Translations under genes and position numbers: made by a program
The notes under the pieces: generated by a model
Databases searched by the model: none
Told to the model about the DNA's origin: nothing
Seen by the model: the letters and a program-made list of their open reading frames with translations, nothing else
DNA from: an uncultured Gammaproteobacteria bacterium
GTDB taxonomy: Bacteria; Patescibacteriota; Patescibacteriia; Magasanikbacterales; GWA2-37-8
Direction: 5' to 3'
Length of the DNA stretch: 43,465 nucleotides
Assembly (NCBI GenBank): GCA_964585245.1
Contig: CAZPCV010000003.1
Location: 3,652-47,116 of the forward strand
In this document: positions 35,639 through 43,465 of the stretch, piece by piece
Numbering within the stretch: the stretch's first letter is position 1
Layout: every line of letters starts with the position of its first letter

Positions 35639-36343
35639 ATGCGAATGTCTCTGACCCTCTTTCTCGCCGCCGCTCTTGGCGGCTGCGCCACTCCACACAT
35701 CAAGCTCCTAAACCGGGCGGTCGTTATCCTGGCCAAGCCAGGGGAAACGAAGTTGAATTTCCGGTGGAAGGTGGGCGTCTGCCGACCAGGCTATGTCGAT
35801 TGCCGTTTCGTGTTCGGAGACTGGGCAAACACTCGGCTGGAGGCAACGATGCCGGCCACGCCGGCGGGCTTCGTGTCATCGGCGACTTTCACCCCCCAGG
35901 TGGAGCAGCGCGTCTCCACCCCGACGGCCACCCTGATCGTCGAGTGGGGCACGGACCTCACGTGGGCGCCCAATCAGCCTCCAATGCCCGCCGCCTCAGT
36001 CGCACCCGCGCCCGCGCCCGCTTACCGGGACCCTCTCGCGTACTGCGAGTACTGCGGACGGGTCCTCCCGGCCGCGCTCCACGCCCGTACCTTCGGCATC
36101 GGCACGGTGCTGGGTAAACCCCAAGATAAGCGCCCGCGCCCGTACCACCTGTCGGCCACCGGTGAGTGGATCGCCTGGTTCGAAATCGGGACTGCCACGG
36201 GCATGTACCAGGAGGCCAGCCTCCGCTTCATGCCGAAGAAAGGCATCGAGGTGAAGCCAGGTGCTCGCCTGCTGATCGTCAGCGTGAAGGTCCCCGGCCA
36301 GCATGGCGGCGAGCTGGTCGCCTTCCCGCTCCCCGCCGAGTAG
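35639..36343 (+). CDS. lipoprotein, function unknown, in GC-rich islet 3
   Basis: The signal plus lipobox is MRMSLTLFLAAALGGC. G+C was hand-counted at 42/60 for 35941-36000. The sequence has a Pro/Ala-rich linker (APAPAPA) and a CEYCGRV motif. The track start at 35606 is a GTG; ATG 35639 is preferred. Confidence 0.6.
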   Translation: MRMSLTLFLAAALGGCATPHIKLLNRAVVILAKPGETKLNFRWKVGVCRPGYVDCRFVFGDWANTRLEATMPATPAGFVSSATFTPQVEQRVSTPTATLIVEWGTDLTWAPNQPPMPAASVAPAPAPAYRDPLAYCEYCGRVLPAALHARTFGIGTVLGKPQDKRPRPYHLSATGEWIAWFEIGTATGMYQEASLRFMPKKGIEVKPGARLLIVSVKVPGQHGGELVAFPLPAE

Positions 36344-36346
36344 GCC

Positions 36347-36447
36347 GGATGGAGAGAACGCCGCATCTCCCCGCCGCCTCACCCGCGACGTCTCTCTCCC
36401 ATCCTGTGCAGATATCCAAAAATATCTTTGCAGGATGAGAGACGTCG
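36347..36447 (+). other. compound hairpin with mutually exclusive pairings at the 3' junction of islet 3
   Basis: Three nested helices: CGACGTCTCTC (36386-36396) with GAGAGACGTCG (36437-36447), CATCCTG (36400-36406) with CAGGATG (36431-36437), and GATAT with ATATC. GGATGGAGAGA (36347-36357) can also pair with the same TCTCTCTCCCATCC (36391-36404). Confidence 0.6.
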
Positions 36448-36466
36448 TAAGTAAAAATGTATAAAA

Positions 36467-36497
36467 AACATTTCAATAATTTGAAATGTTTTTTTGT
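36467..36497 (+). terminator. intrinsic terminator
   Basis: AACATTTCAA (36467-36476), TAAT loop, TTGAAATGTT (36481-36490), then TTTTTTG. Confidence 0.7.
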
Positions 36498-36562
36498 TTT
36501 TTAACAGTTGCTCTTTTTATTGCTGCTATAGTAGAATGGTACTCTAGATTTAAGTAAAAATT

Positions 36563-37801
36563 ATGTTGCCCTACTGGTTTGTATTAGGCAGAGAACCGCT
36601 GCTATCTGCCGCCGAAATTGCGTCTGTTTTTGAACTGGCTGATGTTACTACCGAATTTTCTATTTTAAAAGCAAAAATCAGCGAATTGACCGACAGCAAT
36701 GTTACCCGTTACATGCAGCGCTTGGGCGGTACCGTTAAAATCGCCGCCGAACGTGGCAACCAGCTCACCGAAGCTGAACTGCTCGCCGCCATTACCGAAG
36801 AATTAAAAACTGTCGACGGCAAAATTCATTTTGGCCTTAGTCTCTATGAAAAGGAACAAGGAACAATGAACAAGGAACAATGTGTTGACACGGTGTATCG
36901 TTGGGGCAAAAAAATAAAACAGGATCTAAAAGAGAACGGATTATCCGTACGTCATGCATTCAATCGAGAAGCTGTTTTATCCTCCGTCAGCGTAGAAAAA
37001 AACGGCCTGACCAAACGTGGGCGGGAATTTTTAATTACCCGTTCCAAAAATAATCTATATTCTTTTGCCAAAACTGTGGCTGTGCAACCCTTCGAGGCGT
37101 TTGGCGCGCGTGATTTTGGCCGCCCAGGGCGCGATGATGTTAGCGGCATGCTACCCCCCAAACTGGCGTTGATGATGATAAATGTGTCACAACTTAAACC
37201 AGATCAAACCGTACTCGATCCGTTTTGCGGATCTGGTACAATTTTGACCGAAGCAAAATTATTAGGATTTAAAAATTTGATCGGTAGCGATATTTCGGAA
37301 AAAGCAATCGAAGATACAAAAAAAAATTTGGAGTGGGTGGCAACAAGGAACAATGAACAAGGAGCAATCAACAAATATATAGCCCAGACAACGACACCCT
37401 CCACAGAGGCTATTTCTCGATTATTAGCGATTGATAGTCAAAAACTCAGTACGGTGATTATCGAAAATTCAATTAACGTAATAGTAACCGAGCCGTATTT
37501 AGGCAAGCCGCTTAAAGGCAATGAAACCGAGGCGGCTCTACAGAGTCAAGCGGCAGAATTAAAACAATTATACCTGAATGCTTTTAGTGAATTTTATAAA
37601 CTATTAAAGCCAGGCGGCCGGATCGTGTTTATTATTCCCCGATTCAAAACTCGTACTGGCTGGGTTAGAATTGATTGTGCCGAAGAAATTAAAAAAATTG
37701 GTTTTGCATTAAAGCCACTTTTGCCGGCCCATGATTTTTTGCTGTATGCCAGAAGCGATCAACGCGTTGGACGCGAAATTTGGCGCTTTGAAAAAAGGTA
37801 A
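36563..37801 (+). CDS. SAM-dependent RNA methyltransferase (UPF0020/Trm11-like)
   Basis: Motif I is VLDPFCGSGTILTEA and the motif IV variant is VVTEPYLGKP. The N-terminal domain is THUMP-like by position only. Confidence 0.7.
   Translation: MLPYWFVLGREPLLSAAEIASVFELADVTTEFSILKAKISELTDSNVTRYMQRLGGTVKIAAERGNQLTEAELLAAITEELKTVDGKIHFGLSLYEKEQGTMNKEQCVDTVYRWGKKIKQDLKENGLSVRHAFNREAVLSSVSVEKNGLTKRGREFLITRSKNNLYSFAKTVAVQPFEAFGARDFGRPGRDDVSGMLPPKLALMMINVSQLKPDQTVLDPFCGSGTILTEAKLLGFKNLIGSDISEKAIEDTKKNLEWVATRNNEQGAINKYIAQTTTPSTEAISRLLAIDSQKLSTVIIENSINVIVTEPYLGKPLKGNETEAALQSQAAELKQLYLNAFSEFYKLLKPGGRIVFIIPRFKTRTGWVRIDCAEEIKKIGFALKPLLPAHDFLLYARSDQRVGREIWRFEKR
36857..36881 (+). repeat. 25-nt repeat, copy 1 (inside the methyltransferase gene)
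   Basis: CAAGGAACAATGAACAAGGAACAAT, read in frame as QGTMNKEQ. It is embedded in AAGGAACA reiterations (36851-36882). Confidence 0.85.
37344..37368 (+). repeat. 25-nt repeat, copy 2 (24/25 identical, read in a different frame)
   Basis: CAAGGAACAATGAACAAGGAGCAAT starts at codon position 2 and is read as (T)RNNEQGAI. Confidence 0.85.
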
Positions 37802-37822
37802 ACGCTCATTTAAAATGCAAGG

Positions 37823-37851
37823 CCCCCGGGAGACGAAGTCTCGCACGGGGG
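37823..37851 (-). terminator. GC-rich hairpin downstream of the islet 4 gene
   Basis: CCCCCG-G-GAGAC, GAA loop, GTCTC-GCA-CGGGGG. There is no clean T-run, so terminator function is uncertain. Confidence 0.4.
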
Positions 37852-37874
37852 TGGATTGAAAGAGCTTGGTTGGG

Positions 37875-38375
37875 TTAGCGGGCCCGCTTCTTGCCATGCT
37901 TCTTAGTGGAGATCGCCGGGCGGCATACACCAACCTCGGCGTCTTGAAATGGAAAGACGCATACGGCATTTCCCGCGCAAGGGGTATCACGCTCCCCGCC
38001 GCACTGCGGTAAGGGCTCACACCTTCCGACTCCCTCCTTATCTTTGTGTGCGCATTTCAGGCCTGTAGCGCACAAAGTTCGTTTGTCGCACTCGTCTCCT
38101 TCGGTGCCCGCCGTCTTTGTGGTTTGCAAATTGAAGACGCTGGCGTATTCCGCCTTCGTCGGCTGGCAACTACGGATGACACTTCCTTCTTCTTCATACA
38201 CCTTGCAGATTCCCGATGCACAATATGTGTCATCGAAACAAATTGCCCCTCCTGCCCCAACCACTGGGGCTAGCAGATGCTCTACCGGCTTCTGTGGGAG
38301 CCGCTGAGCAGCCTCACAGACAAAGGCCAAAAAAAACCCAATGGTGCCGATGACGAGAGAACTAAACTTGCTCAC
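37875..38375 (-). CDS. secreted cysteine-rich protein (three Cys-framed repeats) in GC-rich islet 4
   Basis: GAGGAGG lies 6 nt upstream of a GTG (complement of 38373-38375). The signal-like N-terminus is VSKFSSLVIGTIGFFLAFVCEAAQ. The repeats are CFDDTYCASGICK..SCQP, CDKRTLCATGLKCA..RCEP and CGGERDTPCAGNAVCV..VCRP. The track start at 38456 adds an implausible N-terminus. Confidence 0.6.
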   Translation of the reverse strand: MSKFSSLVIGTIGFFLAFVCEAAQRLPQKPVEHLLAPVVGAGGAICFDDTYCASGICKVYEEEGSVIRSCQPTKAEYASVFNLQTTKTAGTEGDECDKRTLCATGLKCAHKDKEGVGRCEPLPQCGGERDTPCAGNAVCVFPFQDAEVGVCRPAISTKKHGKKRAR

Positions 38376-38607
38376 GACTGACCTCCTCGCGCCCTTGGCG
38401 CGTTTGCTTTGTAGCCTATTCCTATTAATTATTAATAAGCATACCCTACAAAACAAGCTAAATTTTTATTATTCGACACCTTGTGCCGATACGCAGAGGT
38501 TCATTTACTACTGATTCTGGGGCCTGAAATTAACTACAAAATAGTAAATAAACAGTAGATATTAGCACAAAAATTGCCTTTTGTCAATAGGAGTTTACTC
38601 CGTTTTT

Positions 38608-40356
38608 ATGCCCACCCTCCTCGAAATTAAGAATGTATCGAAAGCCTACTTCCAGCAGCCGCTATTCAACGCGGCTTCTCTAACCATAGCCGAAAAACAA
38701 AAAATCGGCGTGATTGGCCGTAATGGAGCCGGTAAATCTACCCTGTTCAAAATTATCCTCGGGATAGAAGAGCCGGATAGCGGTAGTGTACTCCTTCACG
38801 ATCGAGCTCGACTAGGATACTTGGAACAACACGACACTCCGGATCTGTCGCAAACGGTGCTCGCCCACCTGGAACACACTACTCTTCGCCCAGAATGGGA
38901 ATGCGCCAAAATGGCGGCCAAATTTGATCTCACTCCCGACAAATTATCCCAGCCATTGTCTGCATTATCCGGCGGCTATCAAATGCGCGTTAAATTAACA
39001 TCGCTACTTCTCAAGGATCCTAATTTATTTTTACTGGATGAACCAACCAACTATTTGGATGTGCATACTCAGCTACTGCTCGAGCGGGCGCTTATTTCTT
39101 ACTCCGGAGCTTTTTTGATCATTTCTCATGACCGCGAATTTTTGGCCCGCACCTGCGACCAGACACTAGAGGTAGAAAACGAACAACTCTTTTTATACCC
39201 CGGACCGGTGAATGATTATTTTGAGTATAAAAAAGAACAACTCTTGATGAAGCAGCGATACAACAAAAAAATTGAGCGCGAACAAGAACATTTGCAAGCC
39301 TTTATCGATCGCTTTCGCTACAAAGCTACCAAAGCCGCCCAGGCCCAATCCAAAATGAAAGCGCTAGCTAAATTAAAAACGCTCGATATCGCCGACCCTC
39401 TCGCTCGCGTGCGTATCACGATTCCCGCAGTCGAACCCAAAAAAGGCATAGGATTTTCGTGTCACAAATTAGCTATTGGCTATGGTGATAAAATTGTCGC
39501 GAGCGGCAGCACCTTCGACATTGATCGCGGAGCGAAAGTGGCGATTGTGGGCGATAACGGGCAAGGCAAAACAACACTACTCAAAACGCTCGTCGGTGAA
39601 TTGCCGCAAATTGATGGCACCTTTCGCTGGGGCCACGGCAGTACCATTTCGTACTATGCCCAGCATGTGGCCAGCCGCCTGCCCCTCTCCATGTTCGTGC
39701 TGGAATATTTACGGAGCTGTAGCGATGGCACCCTTCCCGAAGAAACAATTTTGCAAATGGCCGGAAATTTTTTATTCAAAGATTCTGCTCTAGAGAAAAA
39801 AATTTCGGTATTAAGCGGGGGCGAACGAGCACGCTTATGTTTGGCCGGGTTGCTTTTATCTAAACGCAACGTCTTGATTTTGGACGAGCCCACCAACCAC
39901 TTGGATTTTGAAACGGTCGAAGCGCTTAGCCGCGCATTGGCCGAATTTGCGGGCACGGTGTTTTTTATCAGTCACAATCGCACGTTCGTGAACAATCTCG
40001 CCACAGCGATTGTTGAAGTAAATAATGGCGAAATAAAAAAATTCCCCGATTCATACGAAAACTATATTGCCTTTTTAGAAAACTCGCTTGATCCAAACGA
40101 GCCCGCCGTCAGCAAACCAATTCATCCTACCCCCATCACTTCCGGCAAAGAAAAATATGAAGCGGCCAAACTGCATAAGAAAAAAATTCAAGCGTGCGAA
40201 GAAACAATTAAAGATCTCACCCATCAACGCGACCTGCTTTTGGCTCGTCAAATAAAAAAGCCGGGGACTTTCTCTCCGGCTGATTATGAAAACTTAGGGA
40301 AAATTATGACTGAATTGCAAACCGCGGAAGAAACCTGGTTGACGCTGTCTCTTTAA
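38608..40356 (+). CDS. ABC-F family ATPase (translation factor / ribosome-protection type)
   Basis: Two ABC cassettes (GRNGAGKST / LSGGYQMRV, GDNGQGKTT / LSGGERARL) with a linker and no TM domain. ATG 38608 is preferred over the TTG at 38581. Confidence 0.9.
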   Translation: MPTLLEIKNVSKAYFQQPLFNAASLTIAEKQKIGVIGRNGAGKSTLFKIILGIEEPDSGSVLLHDRARLGYLEQHDTPDLSQTVLAHLEHTTLRPEWECAKMAAKFDLTPDKLSQPLSALSGGYQMRVKLTSLLLKDPNLFLLDEPTNYLDVHTQLLLERALISYSGAFLIISHDREFLARTCDQTLEVENEQLFLYPGPVNDYFEYKKEQLLMKQRYNKKIEREQEHLQAFIDRFRYKATKAAQAQSKMKALAKLKTLDIADPLARVRITIPAVEPKKGIGFSCHKLAIGYGDKIVASGSTFDIDRGAKVAIVGDNGQGKTTLLKTLVGELPQIDGTFRWGHGSTISYYAQHVASRLPLSMFVLEYLRSCSDGTLPEETILQMAGNFLFKDSALEKKISVLSGGERARLCLAGLLLSKRNVLILDEPTNHLDFETVEALSRALAEFAGTVFFISHNRTFVNNLATAIVEVNNGEIKKFPDSYENYIAFLENSLDPNEPAVSKPIHPTPITSGKEKYEAAKLHKKKIQACEETIKDLTHQRDLLLARQIKKPGTFSPADYENLGKIMTELQTAEETWLTLSL

Positions 40357-40434
40357 TTTGGCTACGAATCTTTTTCACTTCCTTCACATAGGCTAGAATG
40401 CTTCTCCGCACACTTTCTCTCTCATTATACACCA

Positions 40435-41517
40435 TTAAGTATTGATATGAAAATAACACACATCACCATCTTGGACCACATACTCTTTGCCCTCTAATCG
40501 TAATTTGCCACTCTCGCGCAATTTGCTCCAGCCGCCAAGCGAAACAAAATCATTCCAGCCCACTACGTCGGCTTTGATAAAGCCTTTAATAAAATCAGTA
40601 TGGATCACCCCAGCCGCTTGTGGAGCTTTGGTGTTTTTCTGCACGGTCCAGGCACGAGTTTCCGGCTCGCCGGACGTAAAATAAGTGATCAGGTTTAACA
40701 ATTGATACCCGGCTGCTATCAGTTTGTCTAGCCCGCTTTGCGACACGCCGGCGGTGTTCATGAATTCTTTGGCTTCCGAGAGCGGCAAATCGGCTAATTC
40801 CGCTTCGAGCCGCGCACAAAGCGCCACATGCGGCACACCCTTTTCTACAACCGGATGATTTGCCAGCGCCGCATCGTTTACTTCGTCCATGTTTACCACA
40901 TACAACAGCGGTTTCATAGTAAGCAGGTGCAACTCCAGCACAAACGGCAACTCGTCCTCGGTAAATTCCAATTGGCGCACGGGCAAAGACGCTTGCAAGT
41001 GAGCGTTAATCCTTTCTAGCACCGCAATCTGCGGCGCTACTTCTTTGGCCGCAGTACCTTTGGCGGATTTTTTTACGGTGTCGAGACGCTTGGAAACAGT
41101 CTGTAAATCGGCCAACGCTAATTCGGTATTAATTATCGCAGCATCATCAAGCGGATCTACCCGATTATGGACATGAATTACATTATTATCAGTAAAACCA
41201 CGCACTACCTGTGCGATCGCATCCACTTCACGAATATGTGATAAAAATTTATTACCCAGCCCTTCTCCTTCGGACGCTCCTTTTACCAACCCGGCAATAT
41301 CCACAAATTCGATCGTAGTTGGAATAATTTTTTTGGAGGCGGACACGTTAGACAACTGCTGCAACCGATCGTCTGGCACCTCTACCACCCCCACATTAGG
41401 GTCAATTGTACAAAACGGATAATTTTGCACGTTGGCTTGTTTGGTGCGAGTGAGAGCGTTAAACAGAGTGGACTTTCCGACATTAGGCAACCCGACTATA
41501 CCGATAGAAAAAGACAT
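40435..41517 (-). CDS. ychF: ribosome-binding ATPase YchF
   Basis: [23 protein letters not shown] and [20 protein letters not shown], with a TGS-like C-terminus ([20 protein letters not shown]). Confidence 0.95.
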   Translation of the reverse strand: MSFSIGIVGLPNVGKSTLFNALTRTKQANVQNYPFCTIDPNVGVVEVPDDRLQQLSNVSASKKIIPTTIEFVDIAGLVKGASEGEGLGNKFLSHIREVDAIAQVVRGFTDNNVIHVHNRVDPLDDAAIINTELALADLQTVSKRLDTVKKSAKGTAAKEVAPQIAVLERINAHLQASLPVRQLEFTEDELPFVLELHLLTMKPLLYVVNMDEVNDAALANHPVVEKGVPHVALCARLEAELADLPLSEAKEFMNTAGVSQSGLDKLIAAGYQLLNLITYFTSGEPETRAWTVQKNTKAPQAAGVIHTDFIKGFIKADVVGWNDFVSLGGWSKLRESGKLRLEGKEYVVQDGDVCYFHINT

Positions 41518-41583
41518 ACATGAGATACTTTAAAACATGCCCTAGCATATCTAAATATCGCTTAAAATGCAAGTATTTAGGCC

Positions 41584-41612
41584 TTGAAAATTGTCTAAAA
41601 ATGTGCTATACT
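41584..41612 (+). promoter_or_regulatory. sigma70-type promoter giving a leaderless or near-leaderless mRNA
   Basis: TTGAAA (41584-41589), 17 nt, TATACT (41607-41612). The ATG of the next ORF is at 41621, only 8 nt after the -10 element. Confidence 0.45.
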
Positions 41613-41620
41613 AGACGGGT

Positions 41621-41809
41621 ATGAAACCCCCGCTTTTGTTAAATTCTTTAACAGCCTTAATAACCCGTTTATACGAGGCTGTTCAGCAATTTATTACCGT
41701 TAAAAAAACCATCGAAGCAGAAGAAAAGGCAGTGCTGTCACATATTACCCAAGAAATGGAAAACGAAAAAATAGCTGCTCTTAAACAAAAAATTGATTCT
41801 TTATCCTAA
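41621..41809 (+). CDS. small helical protein (62 aa)
   Basis: ORF track. It is followed 5 nt later by the coiled-coil gene. Confidence 0.4.
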   Translation: MKPPLLLNSLTALITRLYEAVQQFITVKKTIEAEEKAVLSHITQEMENEKIAALKQKIDSLS

Positions 41810-41814
41810 TTTCT

Positions 41815-43350
41815 ATGCCAACTTCTCGCGAACAGCGTCACACCGAGCACTTGCCCCAAGCTAAGCAGGTTGAGCGAAAAGGATTTGCAAATACTATTAG
41901 AGAAAAGCTGGCCATGGCCGGCACCTGGTTCGAGCAGCTTCGCTCGGGCGGAAACGCTATAAAAAATTCCGAACTAATGCAACAAGCGGCGTTTCGTACG
42001 GTACAAGACCGCCTCAACCATTTAAATGCAGAGGTCGCCGCTCAAGCTTCTGCCCACAATGTCCGCCCCGAAAAATATCTCACCGAAGCCGAGACAGAGA
42101 GACAGCGCCTGCAGGCCTTATTGGGTAAAGCCGAAAAAAATTATCAAAAGGTAGAGGCAGAGGTGGAAGCGGAACATATTCGTTTAATAGAGCAGAAAAT
42201 CGAAGAGTTGCACACTGCCATTGCCAAAGCAGCCCGCACTCCTGGTATTACACAGGAAAAATATTTGCAAGAAACACAAGAAGATCAGATCCATCTTTTA
42301 GCTTTATTAAAAGAAGCAGACACTTACTATTATTCTTTGGCCAACAAATTTGAAGAACAAAAAGCAGCCCAAACTCTACGCGGATTTAAAACCGAATTGG
42401 ACAAAGATTATACTTTGGATAAAATAAATCGTTTCGTCAGTGGAATTCAAGCAAAACGAAATAATTTTTCATATATTCAAAAAAACTTAGCAGGCTTAGC
42501 TCAACGCCTCCCCTCTGAGGAGAGAGTAAAGACTCCGGAGACCTCTTTGCCATCACCAGAAATTCTAAAAATAAAAGAACAGTTAAACACTAGGTTAGCC
42601 AACCTTACCGAACAAATTGTAACATTATCAAAATCTAGCAAACCAGAAGAAAAATCTGCAGCGCAAAAATTAGAAACCGAGGCGGTGATTCTTGGAGCAG
42701 CTATTAGCGCTATGGAACAAGGAAATTACGGCCCAGCACTTAACTACCTCCAACAATTTCCCGCTGCGCCACCCGCCAAAACGCCGCGAGAAGAAGCTCT
42801 TTCTGAAATTTTTTCTTCTGTTCCTTTAAAGGAGCCTACTCGTTTAAACAACGAAGCTGGTTCGGGAAATATTTTGTCTTCTGTCCCTTTGGCTGATCTT
42901 AACCAAAGAGTATCTGAACTTGCCAATCGAGTTCCTGATGAAATTCAAAAACTCTCCAATACGGACCTTTTCAATAGCATGAAGGAGGCACAAAACGCTT
43001 CCTTCGACCGCTTACTTTCCCTTCAGGCTCTAGTTGAAAAAAATTCCATTCCTGAGCTTTCCCCCCTCGTACAAAAACATGCAAAAAGCATCCAGGATAT
43101 GAGTGTTTCCATCGAAGTTTTAACTCAAATATTTCAAACAGCTTTGTTGGCTAAAGAACGTCAGGATGTAAATCGCTCGGCCTCTGATATGGAGTATTTA
43201 GACAACGTTATTTCTATGACCGGCTCTGCTATTCAAACCAAAGAAGCTTCCATTAGGCTTGAGGCCATTTACGAGCAGCGTAAACAAGGACGTGCCAAAG
43301 TTGCTTCTGCTAATAGCAATAAAAAATCTGATTCTCGGATCGCGGCGTAA
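41815..43350 (+). CDS. coiled-coil protein (511 aa) with internal repeats
   Basis: Heptad-like, E/K/Q/A-rich sequence. Duplicated segments include PEKYLTEAETERQRLQALLGKAE / QEKYLQETQEDQIHLLALLKEAD and IFSSVPLKE / ILSSVPLAD. Confidence 0.55.
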   Translation: MPTSREQRHTEHLPQAKQVERKGFANTIREKLAMAGTWFEQLRSGGNAIKNSELMQQAAFRTVQDRLNHLNAEVAAQASAHNVRPEKYLTEAETERQRLQALLGKAEKNYQKVEAEVEAEHIRLIEQKIEELHTAIAKAARTPGITQEKYLQETQEDQIHLLALLKEADTYYYSLANKFEEQKAAQTLRGFKTELDKDYTLDKINRFVSGIQAKRNNFSYIQKNLAGLAQRLPSEERVKTPETSLPSPEILKIKEQLNTRLANLTEQIVTLSKSSKPEEKSAAQKLETEAVILGAAISAMEQGNYGPALNYLQQFPAAPPAKTPREEALSEIFSSVPLKEPTRLNNEAGSGNILSSVPLADLNQRVSELANRVPDEIQKLSNTDLFNSMKEAQNASFDRLLSLQALVEKNSIPELSPLVQKHAKSIQDMSVSIEVLTQIFQTALLAKERQDVNRSASDMEYLDNVISMTGSAIQTKEASIRLEAIYEQRKQGRAKVASANSNKKSDSRIAA

Positions 43351-43370
43351 ACTTCTTGGCTTTGCGTCTA

Positions 43371-43398
43371 TTGACTTTTTTAAATTACGTGGTATAGT
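43371..43398 (+). promoter_or_regulatory. promoter of tRNA-Ala
   Basis: TTGACT (43371-43376), 16 nt, TATAGT (43393-43398). The tRNA starts at 43413. Confidence 0.5.
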
Positions 43399-43412
43399 GC
43401 TTTTCACTAGTC

Positions 43413-43465
43413 GGGCCTTTAGCTCAGCTGGCTAGAGCGCTTCCATGGCATGGAAGAGGTCAAGG
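43413..43465 (+). tRNA. tRNA-Ala (anticodon GGC), 5' 53 nt (truncated by the window edge)
   Basis: GGGCCTT TA GCTC AGCTGGCTA GAGC G CTTCC ATGGCAT GGAAG AGGTC AAGG... The D and anticodon arms pair, and the loop is AU-GGC-AU. Confidence 0.85.

Noticed and set aside
36386-36447. Integron attC-like recombination site (also considered for 1568-1627)
   Set aside because: There are no RYYYAAC / GTTRRRY core sites at the arm ends, no intI gene, and the islets are dispersed rather than arrayed.
1-43465. CRISPR arrays, IS elements, rRNA genes, and recoded stop codons (UGA read as Gly, as in some CPR lineages)
   Set aside because: I saw no regularly spaced direct repeats and no transposase-like ORFs or terminal inverted repeats. 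Long housekeeping ORFs are uninterrupted under the standard code, so no alternative code is needed.

Overview
This 43.5-kb chromosomal window reads like a small-genome Patescibacteria/CPR-type bacterium. That placement is an inference from gene content and from the near absence of Shine-Dalgarno (SD) motifs before backbone genes. Backbone genes: rpoB 5' part (minus strand, runs off the left edge, absent from the ORF track), ftsK, a RodZ-like HTH protein, recA, class-2 pyrD plus an archaeal-type PEP carboxylase, radC, recQ, efp-epmA, rpsF-ssb-rpsR, an RNA methyltransferase, an ABC-F ATPase, ychF, tRNA-Gly(UCC) and a partial tRNA-Ala(GGC). There is also a redox/oxidative-stress block: two DsbA-like proteins, HIT, VKOR, a ferritin-like-VIT1 fusion, a 2-Cys peroxiredoxin and an Fe/Mn SOD. 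No CRISPR array, integrase, transposase or reverse transcriptase was seen. Three kinds of anomaly stand out. (1) Four short, sharply bounded GC-rich single-gene islets sit in intergenic spacers at about 1.62-2.04, 8.18-9.00, 35.6-36.45 and 37.82-38.40 kb. Three carry strong SD motifs that the backbone lacks, and one is frameshifted and flanked by an 8-nt direct repeat. (2) A low-GC block of about 6.3 kb (24.15-30.5 kb) abuts the 3' side of tRNA-Gly. It encodes a helical-repeat protein with a degenerate RIO/Kdo-like kinase domain, a TPR protein and secreted or unknown proteins. (3) Several RNA- or DNA-level structures are unexplained by the genes: two tandem hairpin-plus-terminator modules upstream of tRNA-Gly that each start with a copy of the tRNA's first 14 nt; a 23S-rRNA-IVS-type four-helix-bundle pseudogene bracketed by 23-nt inverted repeats between prx and sod; a promoter-to-terminator ORF-poor unit upstream of ftsK; and a 25-nt repeat read in two different frames inside the methyltransferase gene. 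All functional calls come from motif recognition by eye; no database search was run.
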